From NCBI RefSeq assembly GCF_030028105.1, contig NC_092373.1, positions 45,427,451-45,488,900 on the forward strand: a stretch of DNA of 61,450 nucleotides, in the 5' to 3' direction. This DNA comes from Mobula birostris. Lineage: Eukaryota. The translations under genes were made by a program, and so were the position numbers. Below the pieces are notes generated by a model that saw nothing but the letters and a program-made list of their open reading frames with translations, did no database searches and was not told where the DNA came from. Below are positions 12,980 to 26,169 of the stretch, piece after piece (the first letter of the stretch is position 1; every line of letters starts with the position of its first letter).

Positions 12980-14960
12980 GCTTGAAGACATCTCTGACGA
13001 ACTACCACCAACACATCACCTGGAGAACCGAGGAAGCCAACACCCCTGATCACTGTGGCACTACCATCAAGAAAGCTTACCATGCTATCCTGCACCTGCA
13101 ATTTGGCAAATCCAATCATATGGCTGTACTTCTACTCCCGGCATTTAGCCAGAGACTGAGAATCACGGTGAGGACCGTGAATGTACAGTCAAGAAAGGAG
13201 GAGGAGTGTTTACAAGACTGCTTTGAGCCAGTAGACTGGACAATATTCAGGGATTCATCTTTGGTGCTGAATGAATATGCCTTGGCCGTCTTCATTAAGA
13301 CCTGAGTAGACGAGTGTATGCCTTTGAAAACACACTGAGTTTTCCCAAATTGGAAGCCCTGGATGAACTAGGAGATTAGCAGCCTGTTTAGGGCTAGATC
13401 TGAGACGTTCAAGACCGTTGATCTGGAATCCTGTAAAAATTCCCAGTATTACCTTCGCAAGGTCACACTGAGAGAGAAAAGGTAATTCCATGTGAAATTA
13501 GCGATAGAGTTAGATGCACGGCAGCAGTGGCAGTGTTTGCATGTTACTTCTCCTATAACGTGAAACCTAACAGCGATGCTTTACTCCCGAATGTATTCAA
13601 CACCCTTTATGCATGCTTTGAAAAAGAGAATGACACTATATCTACTTGAATCCCCATAGCATCCAGCTACCCTGTAATTTCTGTCACAGAGGTCGATGTT
13701 GGAACATCCTTCAGGAGGGTAAACCATGACAAGGCGTCAAACTGCGACGGTGTATCTCGCCAGGTTCTCGAAACCTATATTGTCCAACTATCTAGTGTTC
13801 AAGGACATCTTCAAACTCTCACTGATGTGGTCTGGGCTCCCTGGCTCAAAAGGACAACAAACATAACGATGCCAATGAAAAGCGGGGTGAGCTGACTAAA
13901 TAGCTCTATCGCTTGATAGCACCAGGAAGTGCATTGACAAGTTGGTTATGACTAGAATTAATTCCTGGCCGAGCAAGGACCAGAAAACGCTGCAGTTCAC
14001 CTATGAATACAAGAGGCCTACAGCTAATCTCTGGAGCTTCTACTAATAGCAGGCATAAGTCAATCTGCTGTTTATCAACTACAGCTCAGTGTTCAACTCC
14101 ATCATTCCCTCTGGATTAATCACCAAGCGTCAAAGCCTGGGCATCTGCACCTCTCCCTGTACCTAGATCCTCGATTTCCTCATCAGGAGACCAGCTTGTG
14201 CAGATTGGTGATAACATCTCCCACTCATAGACACAACTTAAGGATGCGAGTTTAGCCGACTGCTGTGTTTCTCTCCACGCTCATGACTGTGTGACTAGGC
14301 ACAGCTCAAAAGCCCTCTATAAATTCACAGGTGACGCCATGGCACTAAGGAGGCGTACAGGAGTGAGGCAGATCGGCTAGTTGAGTCATGTCGCAACAAC
14401 TTCAGGCTCACTGTCAGCTAGACCAAGGAATTGATTGTGTATATCAGGAAGGGGAAGTTGGGAGAACACACAACCAGTCTTCACTGAAGATTTAGCAGTT
14501 TCAAGGTCCCTGGTCATCAACACCTCAGAGGATCTATCCTGGGCCTATCACATCGATGCAATCACAAAGAATGCACCCCAGCGGCTATACTTCGCTTGTG
14601 CTTGCAGACACTTGCATATTTCTATAGGTGTGCGGTGGAGAACATTCTATTGGTTGCTTCAAGATACAGGATCAAAAAAGGCTACTGAGGGTTGTAGGTT
14701 CAGCCATCATGGGCACAAATTTCCCCAACATGGAGGACATTTTCAGAAGACAGTCCCTCAAGAATGGAGCATCCATCTTTAAAGACCCTTATCATCCAGG
14801 ACATGCCCTCTTCTTGTTGCTATCATCAGGGAGGAGGTATAGAAGTCTGAAGAATCTCACTCAATAGTTTAAAAATAGCGTTCTTCTCTTTTACCATCTG
14901 ATTTCTTAACGGTCCACGAACCTACGAACACTATCTTTGTATTTGCACCTTGTATTTATT
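12980..14960 (+). mobile_element. Rex1/Babar-type LINE relic (EN C-terminus, RT, 3' UTR)
   Basis: DHCGTTIKKAYHAI...FGKSNHMAVLLLPA and SIFKDPYHPGHALFLLLSSGRRYRSL peptides; many stops and frameshifts. Confidence 0.8.
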
Positions 14961-15455
14961 CTGTAATTTATTTTATTTAGAGATATGGCACGGAATAGTC
15001 CCTTTGAACCACACCACCCAGCAACTCCGACGTTCCCCGATTTAACCCTAACCTAATCACGGGACAATTTCCAATGACCAATTAACATATTAACCGGTAC
15101 AGTTTTTTAAAAAGGCCTTTCCAACTGTACTACTGCCTCAGAACAAGTAAATGTAATGTCAAATGAGTAAGTGATTATAAACATGATTGTGATTTTGAAA
15201 TTCTGGGACTGCCAATGAGGTTACAAAGTGTACTGTCCAATTGCATGACTTTATTTTTAACAAGTGAAGTAGATCAAAGCAATTGAAGCAGCACTTAATT
15301 GCTTAAAATAGATACTGTAACTTGACCTTGATACAGATTTCCATTCAAATTAAATGGAAAAACCAGACAAACTTACGAAACTGCAAACCATTGCTCTGAA
15401 TTATGAATTAGCTTTCAGCAGAGATATTTAAGGCACGCAGTCATGCCTTGATCAA

Positions 15456-15484
15456 TTCTGCATCTGCAGAATTCCTGTTGTGTA
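15456..15484 (+). mobile_element. Solo 29-nt Penelope 3' tail insertion
   Basis: TTCTGCATCTGCAGAATTCCTGTTGTGTA resembles the tail at about 9162-9190; 10-bp TSD CCTTGATCAA (15446-15455 and 15485-15494). Confidence 0.75.
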
Positions 15485-15519
15485 CCTTGATCAAAGATGG
15501 GGGAAAGTCTGGTTAAATG

Positions 15520-16000
<481 letters not shown>

Positions 16001-17189
16001 TTTCTTGAGAATGGTTAACAGTGATTAGATTACTGCTAATCTCGATCACCATTCGAGGATATAACATCAAATCCACTAAATTTTATAGAATTTTAATTTC
16101 TTTAAAGAATCCGAAATTAACCAATCTTGAACATAAAATATCGGATCACCTTAAAACAAACAGAAAGAACATCTGAACACCATGAAATCTTAAACGTACT
16201 TCAATTGGCTCTCAGAAGGGATTCATTTGGTCATTATTGAACCAAAACTAACATAATGTATCCAAGCAGTGCATTGAAGTACAATATATTGAATTGTAGA
16301 AAACTTGGGCTGCTGTGCTTGTGTCAGTTTAAAACAAAATTGTTCTGCCTAATCCCATTTTCCTGCATTTGGTAAGATGTCCTGCAAGATAGGTATCTTC
16401 AGGAACAATTTCCAAGTAGTTAAGGATCCACCAGCTTTTGGGGCAGTGTATTCCAGATCCTCAGTATCTTCTGTGTGGAAGAAGGTTTCCTCCTCTCAGC
16501 TTTATACTAATTAGTTTAAATCTAGGCCTACTGGTTTTTAGTCCTCTAATAAGAAAAACGTCCTTCAAAATACCCCAGCTTCTTCAGACTTTTGTCATGG
16601 CTACAGTTTTCCAGTCTGTCTTAGCCCTGTAGATCTCTGCAAGCTCTCCAACATAGCCGCATTCTTCATGTGCAATCAGACCCAAAAGCAATGCACAGGG
16701 TAACTTGTTTTGTAAACCAATTTATAGTAGAGCTTTCTGCACTTTTATTTCTGTGCCTTAGCTACTAAATGAAAGTATCCACTTGTTTTTTTTAATCATC
16801 CTTTTGACCTGTCTTGACATCTTTGAGACTCTCTTGACATACACTCCCTTTGTTTTATGTCTTCTCATTTATTATGTATTCCTTTGCCTTAATTAACCTC
16901 TCCAAAGACACTGGCTAATTTGTCTGGATTGAATTCTATTTTTCACTTTCTGCCCAATTTACCAGATCATCTAGAGCCTTCTGCAGTTAATGCTTTTCTC
17001 TTTTACAGTTAACTACATAGCCAATTTATGCATTTAACTAGAAATCACAAAAATACACTGCAAAAGGAAAGGAACTAAGTACTTCTCCTTGTAGAACTTA
17101 GCTGATATCAAGCTCCCAGTTTCAAAATCCACCTGTCAGCCAGTGTCATAGAGAAGTCCTTTAACCAACTGAGTCATTATCAACCATCT

Positions 17190-17430
17190 ACTTGCACTAA
17201 TTTTATCTTAATTCAATTTCTTTAAATTCTCCTTACACTATCATGGACTCTACCACTTTCCTTCACTCAGGGGGCAATTTACATTGGCCTTTATCAACCT
17301 ACAAATCTGCATGTTTTTAAGATATGGATGAAAACTACAGCAGCTAAACATAGACAAAGATGCTGTGTCTACAGCAAAGGTCAGGATTGAATCTAGGTCT
17401 GTGAGGTGGTGGCTGTACTAGCTACGCTAT
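17190..17430 (-). mobile_element. HE1-like SINE, decayed
   Basis: GGGGCAATTTAC...AAGGTCAGGATTGAATC...CTGTGAGG shared with the other copies. Confidence 0.5.
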
Positions 17431-18668
17431 TGTTCCACCTGCAGAACCAACACTGGATCCCATGTACCATGTTTCCTTGAAACTGATGAGCTGGTATTGT
17501 TCCACCTGCAGTGGACTGTATCAAGCACTGCCCTCATGGTTATCAGCTCAAGTTCAATTACCTTTAAGCAAAGCCAGAATCGTTTTCTATATTCAATATT
17601 TTGGTTTCTCTGGCATTCAGTTTTTCTTTTCACTAACATTTTAATTTAAGACATTCTTTTTCTTTTCAGTCTGTGTTTAATTAACATCTGCCTGCTAAGC
17701 TTGATTTTAAACCTATCCAAAATCACTACCAGATATCCTCACAAAGATACTGGTCCCAGCCCTGTTGAGGTACTGCCCATCTGATCTGTGTAGGTCCCAA
17801 CTTTACCATTACTGGTCCCAGTACTCCAGGAATCTGACAAGCCTCTTCCTCAGCAGCATTGCATTTACCTGCATTATCCTCTTACTTCCATGTTCACTGG
17901 GAGAAATTTTAGAAATTATTATCTTTGTGATCCTACTACTTAATCTTTTCCCTAACTCTTTCCAAAAAATATTATCTGCTGTACTTCTACTCTTTCGTCG
18001 TTGGGACCTATATGGACACCATCTTTTCCCCTCCAGTCCGCCCTGCAACTGTTAGTTATAACCTGTGTTAAACACCTGCAAAGCAAAATGCCATTTTACA
18101 AATATCTTCTGAATGTACAAACTTGAGAATTAAACACTGGCATTGTAAAGCATTATGCTAACTGATAGGCTTCTATGATGGCCCTTTGAATTGTGATGTG
18201 TGAGTTGTGGAAGGGCAAATTCCATTTACCTGATCAATCATAACTCGGTCACTTATACTACATTACTGTGCTTCTGATGTTACTTGGGTGTTCAGAAATT
18301 GTGGTTATGAGGGAAGGTACTGTTGAAGGTAGAAGATCAGTCGTGATCTTTTTGAATGATGGGAAGAGCCATCAGGTGTCAAACAACTTGTAGCACTTGC
18401 TATTTATGGTCTAGTTTGCTTTTACTTATTTAGTGCTTTGTAAAGAGGAGCATAAATAGCCATTTTTAAATACTGGAGAACACACAAGAATGCAAAAAGT
18501 ATAAATGTACTGTCTAATTAAATGCTGCTCCTATAAACACTCAAACTGATTATGTATTTGATACTTGCAGTTAAAATCTGTGTTTATTTTTATTTAGTTT
18601 AAATTAGTTTTTTACTCTTAAAGAATAATACAAATGAAAGCAGTACTGAGACAGCTTCAGGCAAATAA

Positions 18669-18839
<171 letters not shown>

Positions 18840-18944
18840 TAATGTTCATGCATTCCAACCAAATGTTGAATTGCCGCAGTTCAAAATTGTCTACTTCAAA
18901 ATGACAATATGAATGTGCTTCAGTTTATGAATTGAGTTCCATAA

Positions 18945-19925
18945 ATGGGTAAAGCCTTCGCACCATTGAGCACACCTACACGGAGCGCTGTTGCAGGAAA
19001 GCAGCATCCATCATCAGGGACTGCCACCACCCAGGTCATGCTCTCTTTTTGCTGGTGCCAGGAGGTACAGGAGCCTCAGGACTCACACCACCAAGTTCAG
19101 GAACAGTTACTGCCCCTCAACCATCAGGCTGTTGAACCAGAGGGGATAACTTCACTTGCCCCATTACTAAACTGTTCCCACAACCTTTGGACTCGCTGTC
19201 AAGGACTCCTCATCTCATGATCTGGTTATTTATTGCTTGTTTATTTATGTATTTATTTCTGTGTTTTTTTTAGTTACACATTTGTTGTCACTTGCACATT
19301 GGTTGTTTGTCCATCCTGATGTGTGTGGTCTTGCAGTGATTCTTTGTGTTTCTTGGATTTACTGTGACTGCCTCCAGGAAGGCTAATCTCAGGGTAGTAT
19401 ATGGTGACATGTATGTACATTTACTTTTAACATTGATTTCAGCTGAATGCAGCTACAAGGATCAAAATTTGATGACTAACAATGAGAATTTTCAGTATCA
19501 GAATCAGCTTTATTATCATTGGCCTATGTTGTGAAATTTGTTAACTTTATGGCAGCAGTACAATGCAATACATGATAAATATAGAGAAAAAACTGAGTTG
19601 CATTAAGTATATATGCGCGTTAAATAGTGAAGTTAAAGTAAGTAGTGCAAAGTAACAGGGAAAAAAAAGTAGTGAGGTAGTGTTCATGGGTTCAATGTCC
19701 ATTTAGAAATTGGATGGCAGAGAGGAAGAAGCTGTTCCTGAATAGCTAAGTGTGTGCATTCAGGCTTCTGTACTTCCTCCCTTTCCGATGGTAATGGCAT
19801 GAAGAGGGCATGTTCTGGGTGCTGGGGATCCTTAATGGTGGACGCTGCCTTCTTAAGGCACTGCTCCTTGAAGATGTCTTAGATGCTCTGGAGACTGGTA
19901 TCCATGATAGAGCTGACTCATTTTA
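18945..19925. mobile_element. Two Rex1-type 3' fragments, tail to tail (+ about 18945-19420; - about 19490-19925)
   Basis: AAAGCAGCATCCATCATCAGGGA...CACCCAGGTCATGCTCTC on +; reverse-complement equivalent GAAGAGGGCATG...GGACGCTGCC downstream. Confidence 0.65.
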
Positions 19926-20279
19926 CGAGAATATAATGAAATGTTATTTGACTGCATTGGTTGTGGAATGGTCAGTTTAATTGGATTCAGAATGTAGGGA
20001 TGTCTTGTTAAACCAAATTAATGTCTTAATAATATGCTTAGTGTTCTAGATGGGTGGTATGTAAGTCAATATAAAACAAAAATACGTGCTAATTCTGCAT
20101 AGATTTGGTTTGTATTTGAAGTAGGGAATATTAGTAAACATGCTGATGTAATTACATTGTTTTGATTGGGTAAAATAATTGACAATATTAGAAAAGGAAT
20201 ATGTTTTGTAAACTACTCTGGTTTGCACTAAGGAAGGACATATGGAGAGTTAGTTAATTTTACTATGCTGATATACTAA

Positions 20280-20417
<138 letters not shown>

Positions 20418-20863
20418 TGATGGAAGCTTTTCAGCATAATATGAGGTGTCACCTCTTTGAATATGTTGTCTAATTAATCCCAACACCATCCCCCTCTGCT
20501 CCCCCCCCCCACACACACACATTCACTCAGCCTTCATTTTCTTTATTGGTTGAACAATATCATGGTCCCTTTTTGAAAGCTATCAATAAATATTTTGCCA
20601 GCATCCTTTCAGCCAAACCAAAATCATAACATTGAATAATTTCATTCTTCATATTGTTGCCTCAGGCTCTTTTTCAGATTTCTAAAAATATATATTTTCT
20701 GGTTACCTTCCTACTTGAGGACACTTGGAGGTGCGGCAGGCTGCAGTGCCAAGCAGGAAACATTCTCCCGTAAATCTCATTACTTCTGGTTGTTTCTCAG
20801 ATTTTAAAAAATATATATTTTCTGGTTACCTTCTTCCTGCTCGTAAAATTAGTTAGTTTGTTG

Positions 20864-21465
20864 CAACGCAAACAAAATGTTGGAGGAACTCAGCAGGCCA
20901 GGCATCTATGGAAAAGAGTAAATAGTCGACGTTTTGGGCCGAGACCCTTCATCGGTACTGGAAAGAGAGAGAAGTCAGAATAAGATGTGTGGAGGGGAAG
21001 TAGTAATACAAGGTGATATGTGAAATTGGAAGGGGGGAGGGAGTGAAATAAAGAGCTGGGAAGTTGATTGGTGAAAGAGGTACAGGGCTGGAGAAGAGGG
21101 AATCTGATCAGAGAGGATCAGAGAAGACCATGGAAGAAAGGGAAGGGGGAGGAGCACCAGAGGGAGGTGAGGGAAGTTTGAGAAGTCAGTGTTCATGCCA
21201 TTAGGTTGGAGGCTACCAAGATGGAATATAAGATAATTGCTTCTCCAACCTGAGTGGGGCCTCATTAAGGGAGTAGAGAAGGCCATGGCCTGGTGTATGG
21301 GAATGGGAAGTAGAATTGAAATAGGTGGCTACTGGGATATCCCACTTTTTATGGCGGATGGAGCATAGGTGCTCGGCGAAGTGGTTTCCCAATCTACGTC
21401 AGGTCTAATTGATTATACAGGAGGCCACACCGGGAGCACTGTACAGTAGATGACCCCAACAGAAC
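20864..21465 (-). mobile_element. Penelope-like element 3' fragment (second subfamily)
   Basis: pLTR with mutated hammerhead (20924-20959) followed by GIY-YIG C-terminal remnants (LGSLQPNGMNTDFSNF). Confidence 0.8.
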
Positions 21466-21857
21466 AGGGTTTGTTTGTTTGCTTTTAAAACATTTCATGA
21501 CTTGAACATACTGTTTTAATGTTATCTTGGCTTAATCTGCCATTACAAATTTGTTCATTTATGGCCTTGCCTCTACCATAAAGTTAGAATTGGGATTGTT
21601 TACTGATAATTCCACAGGATTCAGTTCAGCTCTAATAATGAGGCCACATTTGCTGGTAGACAGCAGTCACAACAACTTCTACTTGTATACCATCATTTTA
21701 ATTTTAAAAAATATTATAAAGCTTTTCATGGGAGTATTACCATACAAAAGTTGGTGCTGGGCTTCATGATATAGCAAGGTAGATGACTGTAAATTTGATC
21801 TATTAGGTTTAGTTCATGGTTCAAAGTACATTTATTATCAAAGTATGTATAAACTAT

Positions 21858-22167
21858 GTGTGGGCACATGGCCAAGTGGTTAAGGCATTGGACTAGCGAC
21901 CTGAAGTGAGTCCGAGCCCCAGCCGAGGCAACGTGTTGTTTCCTTGAGCAAGGCACTTAATCACATATTGCTCTGCGACGACACTGGTGCCAAGCTGTAT
22001 GGGTCCTAATGCCCTTCCCTTGGACAACATTGGTGTTGTGGAGAGGGGAGACTTGCAGCATGGGCAACTGCTGGTCTTCCATACAACCTTGTCCAGGCCT
22101 GCACCCTGGAGAGTGAAGACTTTCCAGGCACAGATCCATGGTCTCGCAAGACTAACGGATGCCTTAA
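21858..22167 (+). mobile_element. tRNA-derived SINE
   Basis: A box TGGCCAAGTGG and B-box-like GTCCGAGCCC; 9-bp TSD ATAAACTAT; second copy at 42170-42482; sits inside an older repeat also seen at about 40875-41060. Confidence 0.85.
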
Positions 22168-22957
22168 ATAAACTATACAGCCTTGAGATTCACCTGCTTA
22201 CAGGCAGCCACAAAACAAGAAACCCGAAAGAACCCAATTTAAAAAACAGACCAACACCCATTGCGCAGAGAGAGGGGGAGAAAAACACAAATGGAGCAAG
22301 CAACAGCATTCAGAATGAAAATGAGTCTGTGGACCCAAAGGATGGAGTCTCAGCCTCAGTTCATCGCACAGTAGGGCAAATTGTCGCAAAGCTCGCAGAC
22401 ACACAGCCTCAGTGGCAAGGAGAGTGGAGTAAATGTCGTGGAGCAGTGAGCAGAACTGGCCCGTCCCTCGCCACACCCTGCTTTTTCAGTCCATCTGGCC
22501 TGGCGTTTGAATTTGTCAATCACTGGGTTGTCCCCCGCACTGGGCCCTGCCACAATGATATGCTTTGGGCCTAGACTCTGCCACCATGTTTCAGCCCGTA
22601 ACCGACCTTTCAAAATCAACCTGGGGCTTAAATCGATCCAACCTCACTCTCAGTTTAGGTGGGCAGGCTCAGAAACTCCTTCGCTCACTCCAGCTCCATC
22701 TCAAACATGCCTTGAGCTCGCTCTGACTGCATCGCACCTGTAAGCCTGAACACTTGATTCAACCTCATCTTCGCTCGCCTCTTCATTGTTTCTGGTGATC
22801 ATTTACCACAATTTTCCACAGGAAAAAGAAGTGTTATTAATAAAGTATTTAGCTGTATTTCTTTGAATTATCAGTAAGCTGTCACCAATCTTCAGTAGCA
22901 CATTCTTAAACCAGAAGTTTAAGATGGTAATGTTCTAAACAAGCAAGGGGAAGCAGA

Positions 22958-23038
22958 GCTGGGGTTTCCAACCCAGGGTTGACAGACCCCCTTGGTTAAT
23001 GGTAGGGGTCTATGGCATAAAAAGGGTGGGCACCTATG
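22958..23038. mobile_element. About 80-bp hAT-like MITE
   Basis: Imperfect terminal inverted repeats; related copy at 57360-57439. Confidence 0.5.
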
Positions 23039-24823
23039 CTGTTGATGGAATTTGAGAGTTTGGGGCTTTGGCAGCCTGAGGTATAGCCACTGATGACAAG
23101 AGATTGCAGAGATGCATAAAGTCAAAACTATGAATTTTAATAGCTGCATTGCTTAACTAAGAAAAAGTGAAGATAGCAAGTTCAGGGATTAATGTGACAG
23201 TGTCAGATGATGTAATATTGTTCTAAATGAGAAGCCTTAGTTATGTGAATAGGAGGAATAAAACTCAACTTGAAGACAAAGAATGACAGCAAAGTTGTGA
23301 ACAATCTGTCAATTCCAGATAAGTTCCAGGAAGAAGGATAAAGTTGGACTTTAGGAAATGAGACAAAGAGACTACATGGGGAGAGAGGGAGGGAAGAGAG
23401 AGAGTGGTTAAGTATAAGGGAAAAAACCTGTTAGCTAGAGGTAACAGAGCATGCAACCTTTTCATATCTCTTAGGATCTAGTACATTGTTCTTTTTCATT
23501 TTGTTTTTTAATCTTGGTAGATATATAAGCACAGTCTGTCCATTCTTGCTTCATTAGACAACCCACCTATTCCAACTACCAAGATAGTAATCCCCCTTTG
23601 AACTCCTTCTAAGAGTTGGGGATTGTCAGAGAAAACCAGGCAAAATTGCATGTCAGTTTATGTGAACACAGATATCAGCACTTTTCATGAAGGGTTACTG
23701 ATCTTTGGGACAAGTGCAGTGAGTGGATTCTTTGCAAACATTTAAAAACAAGCTGGGTAAATTCCTAAAGGGCAATAGTCACAATCAATAAAAGTTATTA
23801 TGGTATGGTCTTCTTGGTTTCTGAATTGTTTTTGATTACCTCGAGACTTTGAGAGAATTTTTATAATGATATTGCCCCGCTTAATTTGTTTTTTTTTTAA
23901 ACATCTCCTAAGATTTCTTGTAGTTATAAACTTACTGCATTGAAATCAATGGAACTAAATTTCTGAAGTGAGTATAGTACTAATGAAGGATGACCTTCTG
24001 ACCATTTATGTTGGAATACATAGGTGATGACGGTCAAATTTTACCTTAAAAGTTTCAAATTTTATTTTTATAGATAATTTTGAGATCTAAAATACTATCT
24101 TGCTATTTTTAAGGCTGAGTTCTTAAAGAACTATATTTGTTAATTATGTAAAACTGTTAATAGTACTGGGAGATTGCTTGATAAAACAATTAAGAATGTG
24201 AAGTTGAATAAGGTGGAAAACATGGCATTTCTGATTTTTAGATTTGTAATACACTTTTTAGAAGGTATTTTACTTAAAGTAATCAATAGTACAGATATTG
24301 CACAATGTATCCTCGAATGTACTTCTAAATATTCCATACTTAGCCTTGGCTATCATTTAATTACCTGAACCCTTACTCAGTTTTTTTGTTGGCGAGTGTC
24401 ATTTTTTTATTTGTGCTTCATCTTCATTTGTAAAGTGATTCTTTCCTAAAGGGTGTGGGATAGTTGTGCAGTGAAAAATTACACACTTGTATCTTGCTAC
24501 ATCGCCATTATTTGTGTGTGAGCTATGATGATGGTTTTTGATAGACAATTTTGATTCAAAGTCCTGATATACACATGTAGTATATGACCAAACACAGGTA
24601 ATTGGAACTACCTGGTAGTTACAGGACCTTCAGCCCAGTGGCCATGGCCATCATAGATTCATTGGACTAAAGGGCCTGTAACTGTGCTGTGTTTCTATGA
24701 CAGTGAATAGTATGCATTCTGGCTAGCTCTTCCTTTTCTTAATGACTGCTATTATACTGGACGTGCATTGTAATTAACTGGATCTTAGTTGAAATAGTTT
24801 AAGAGCAACAAAGATACAACTAA

Positions 24824-25388
24824 TTTTAAAAACGCAAACACGAGGAATTCTGCAGATGCTGGAAATTCAAGCAACACACATCAAAGTTGCTGGTGAACGC
24901 AGCAGGCCAGGCAGTATCTCTAGGAAGAGGTACAGTCGACGTTTCAGGCCGAGACCCTTCATCAGAACTAACTGAAGAAAGAGCCAGTAAGAGATTTAAA
25001 AGTGGAAGGGGGAAGATCCAAAATGATAGGAGAAGACAGGAGGGGGAGGGATGGAGCCAAAAGCTGGACAGGTGATGGGCAAAAGGAGTATGAGAGGATC
25101 ATGGGACAAGAGGCCCAGGGAGAAGGAAAAGGGGGAGGGGCCTCCTGTCCCATGATCCTCTCATACTCCTTTTGCTAATCACCTGTCCAGCTCTTGGCTC
25201 CATCCCTGCCCCTCCTGTCTTATCCTATCATTTTGGATCTCCCCCTCCCCCTCCCACTTTTAAATCTCTTACTAGCTCTTTCTTCAGTTAGTCCTGATGA
25301 AGGGTCTGGGCCTGAAACGTCGACTGTACCTCTTCCTAGAGATGCTGCCTGGCCTGCTGCGTTCACCAGCAACTTTGATGTGTGTTGC
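24824..25388. mobile_element. Penelope-derived inverted-repeat insertion
   Basis: Left arm (minus, with tail) to about 25140 and right arm 25141-25388; 10-bp TSD ATACAACTAA (24814-24823 and 25389-25398); hammerhead motifs at 24934-24969 (-) and 25290-25325 (+). Confidence 0.9.
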
Positions 25389-25581
25389 ATACAACTAACT
25401 TGGTTGTTGAAGTGAACTGAATTTGTGGTTTAGCCATTCAAAGACAATTGAAACAGTTTCTGTATTAATATAATACAGAAATTGTATATAGAAAGTTTGG
25501 CATGTCATAAATTTTGTACAGTTTTGTCCAACTTTGCTGGATCCCAACATGTAAAAGACTTTTTTTCCTGAATTTTTCTAA

Positions 25582-25701
<120 letters not shown>

Positions 25702-26169
25702 TGAGTACTGAAGTAATGTAAATTTCAGTATAATCTTTAAAAATTTTCTTTGAATATAGTGAAATGTATTTCTTAAAAACATTGTTGGAGAGTTTTTTTT
25801 AATGCTGCAGGCCCAAAGTTTACTAGCACCAGAACAGAATGTAAATTTTTTCTGGGAAGTTAGACTTTGTACTTTGCTGTGCTGCCGCCAATCTTTTTTG
25901 CATCAGGTTAAAAGGAGTCCTGGGAGAAAGTACTTATTTTCAGCAAAGTATGTTCTGAGTAATCAATTGCAATGCAAAGTAGATGATACAAAGAAGAAAT
26001 CTCAGCAGATATTAGAAAATACCTTGGAAACGGATCCTTCAAGTGTGGTTGTAGATTTTATGCGGAAAAATATGTTGTGCATTCTTTTTAGTATTAAGAT
26101 GTGAACACCACTGACGATATGGTTATTGCCTGTCCTAAGTCTCTTACTTCATATGAGGAATGGCTTTCC

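Noticed and set aside
17483-17490. CTGATGAG as a hammerhead or snoRNA box
   Set aside because: No suitably placed GAAA/stem II or terminal box D partner found.
21858-21930. tRNA-like sequences here and at about 42410-42482 and 50302-50378
   Set aside because: They are SINE heads followed by a shared body and bounded by TSDs, not tRNA genes.
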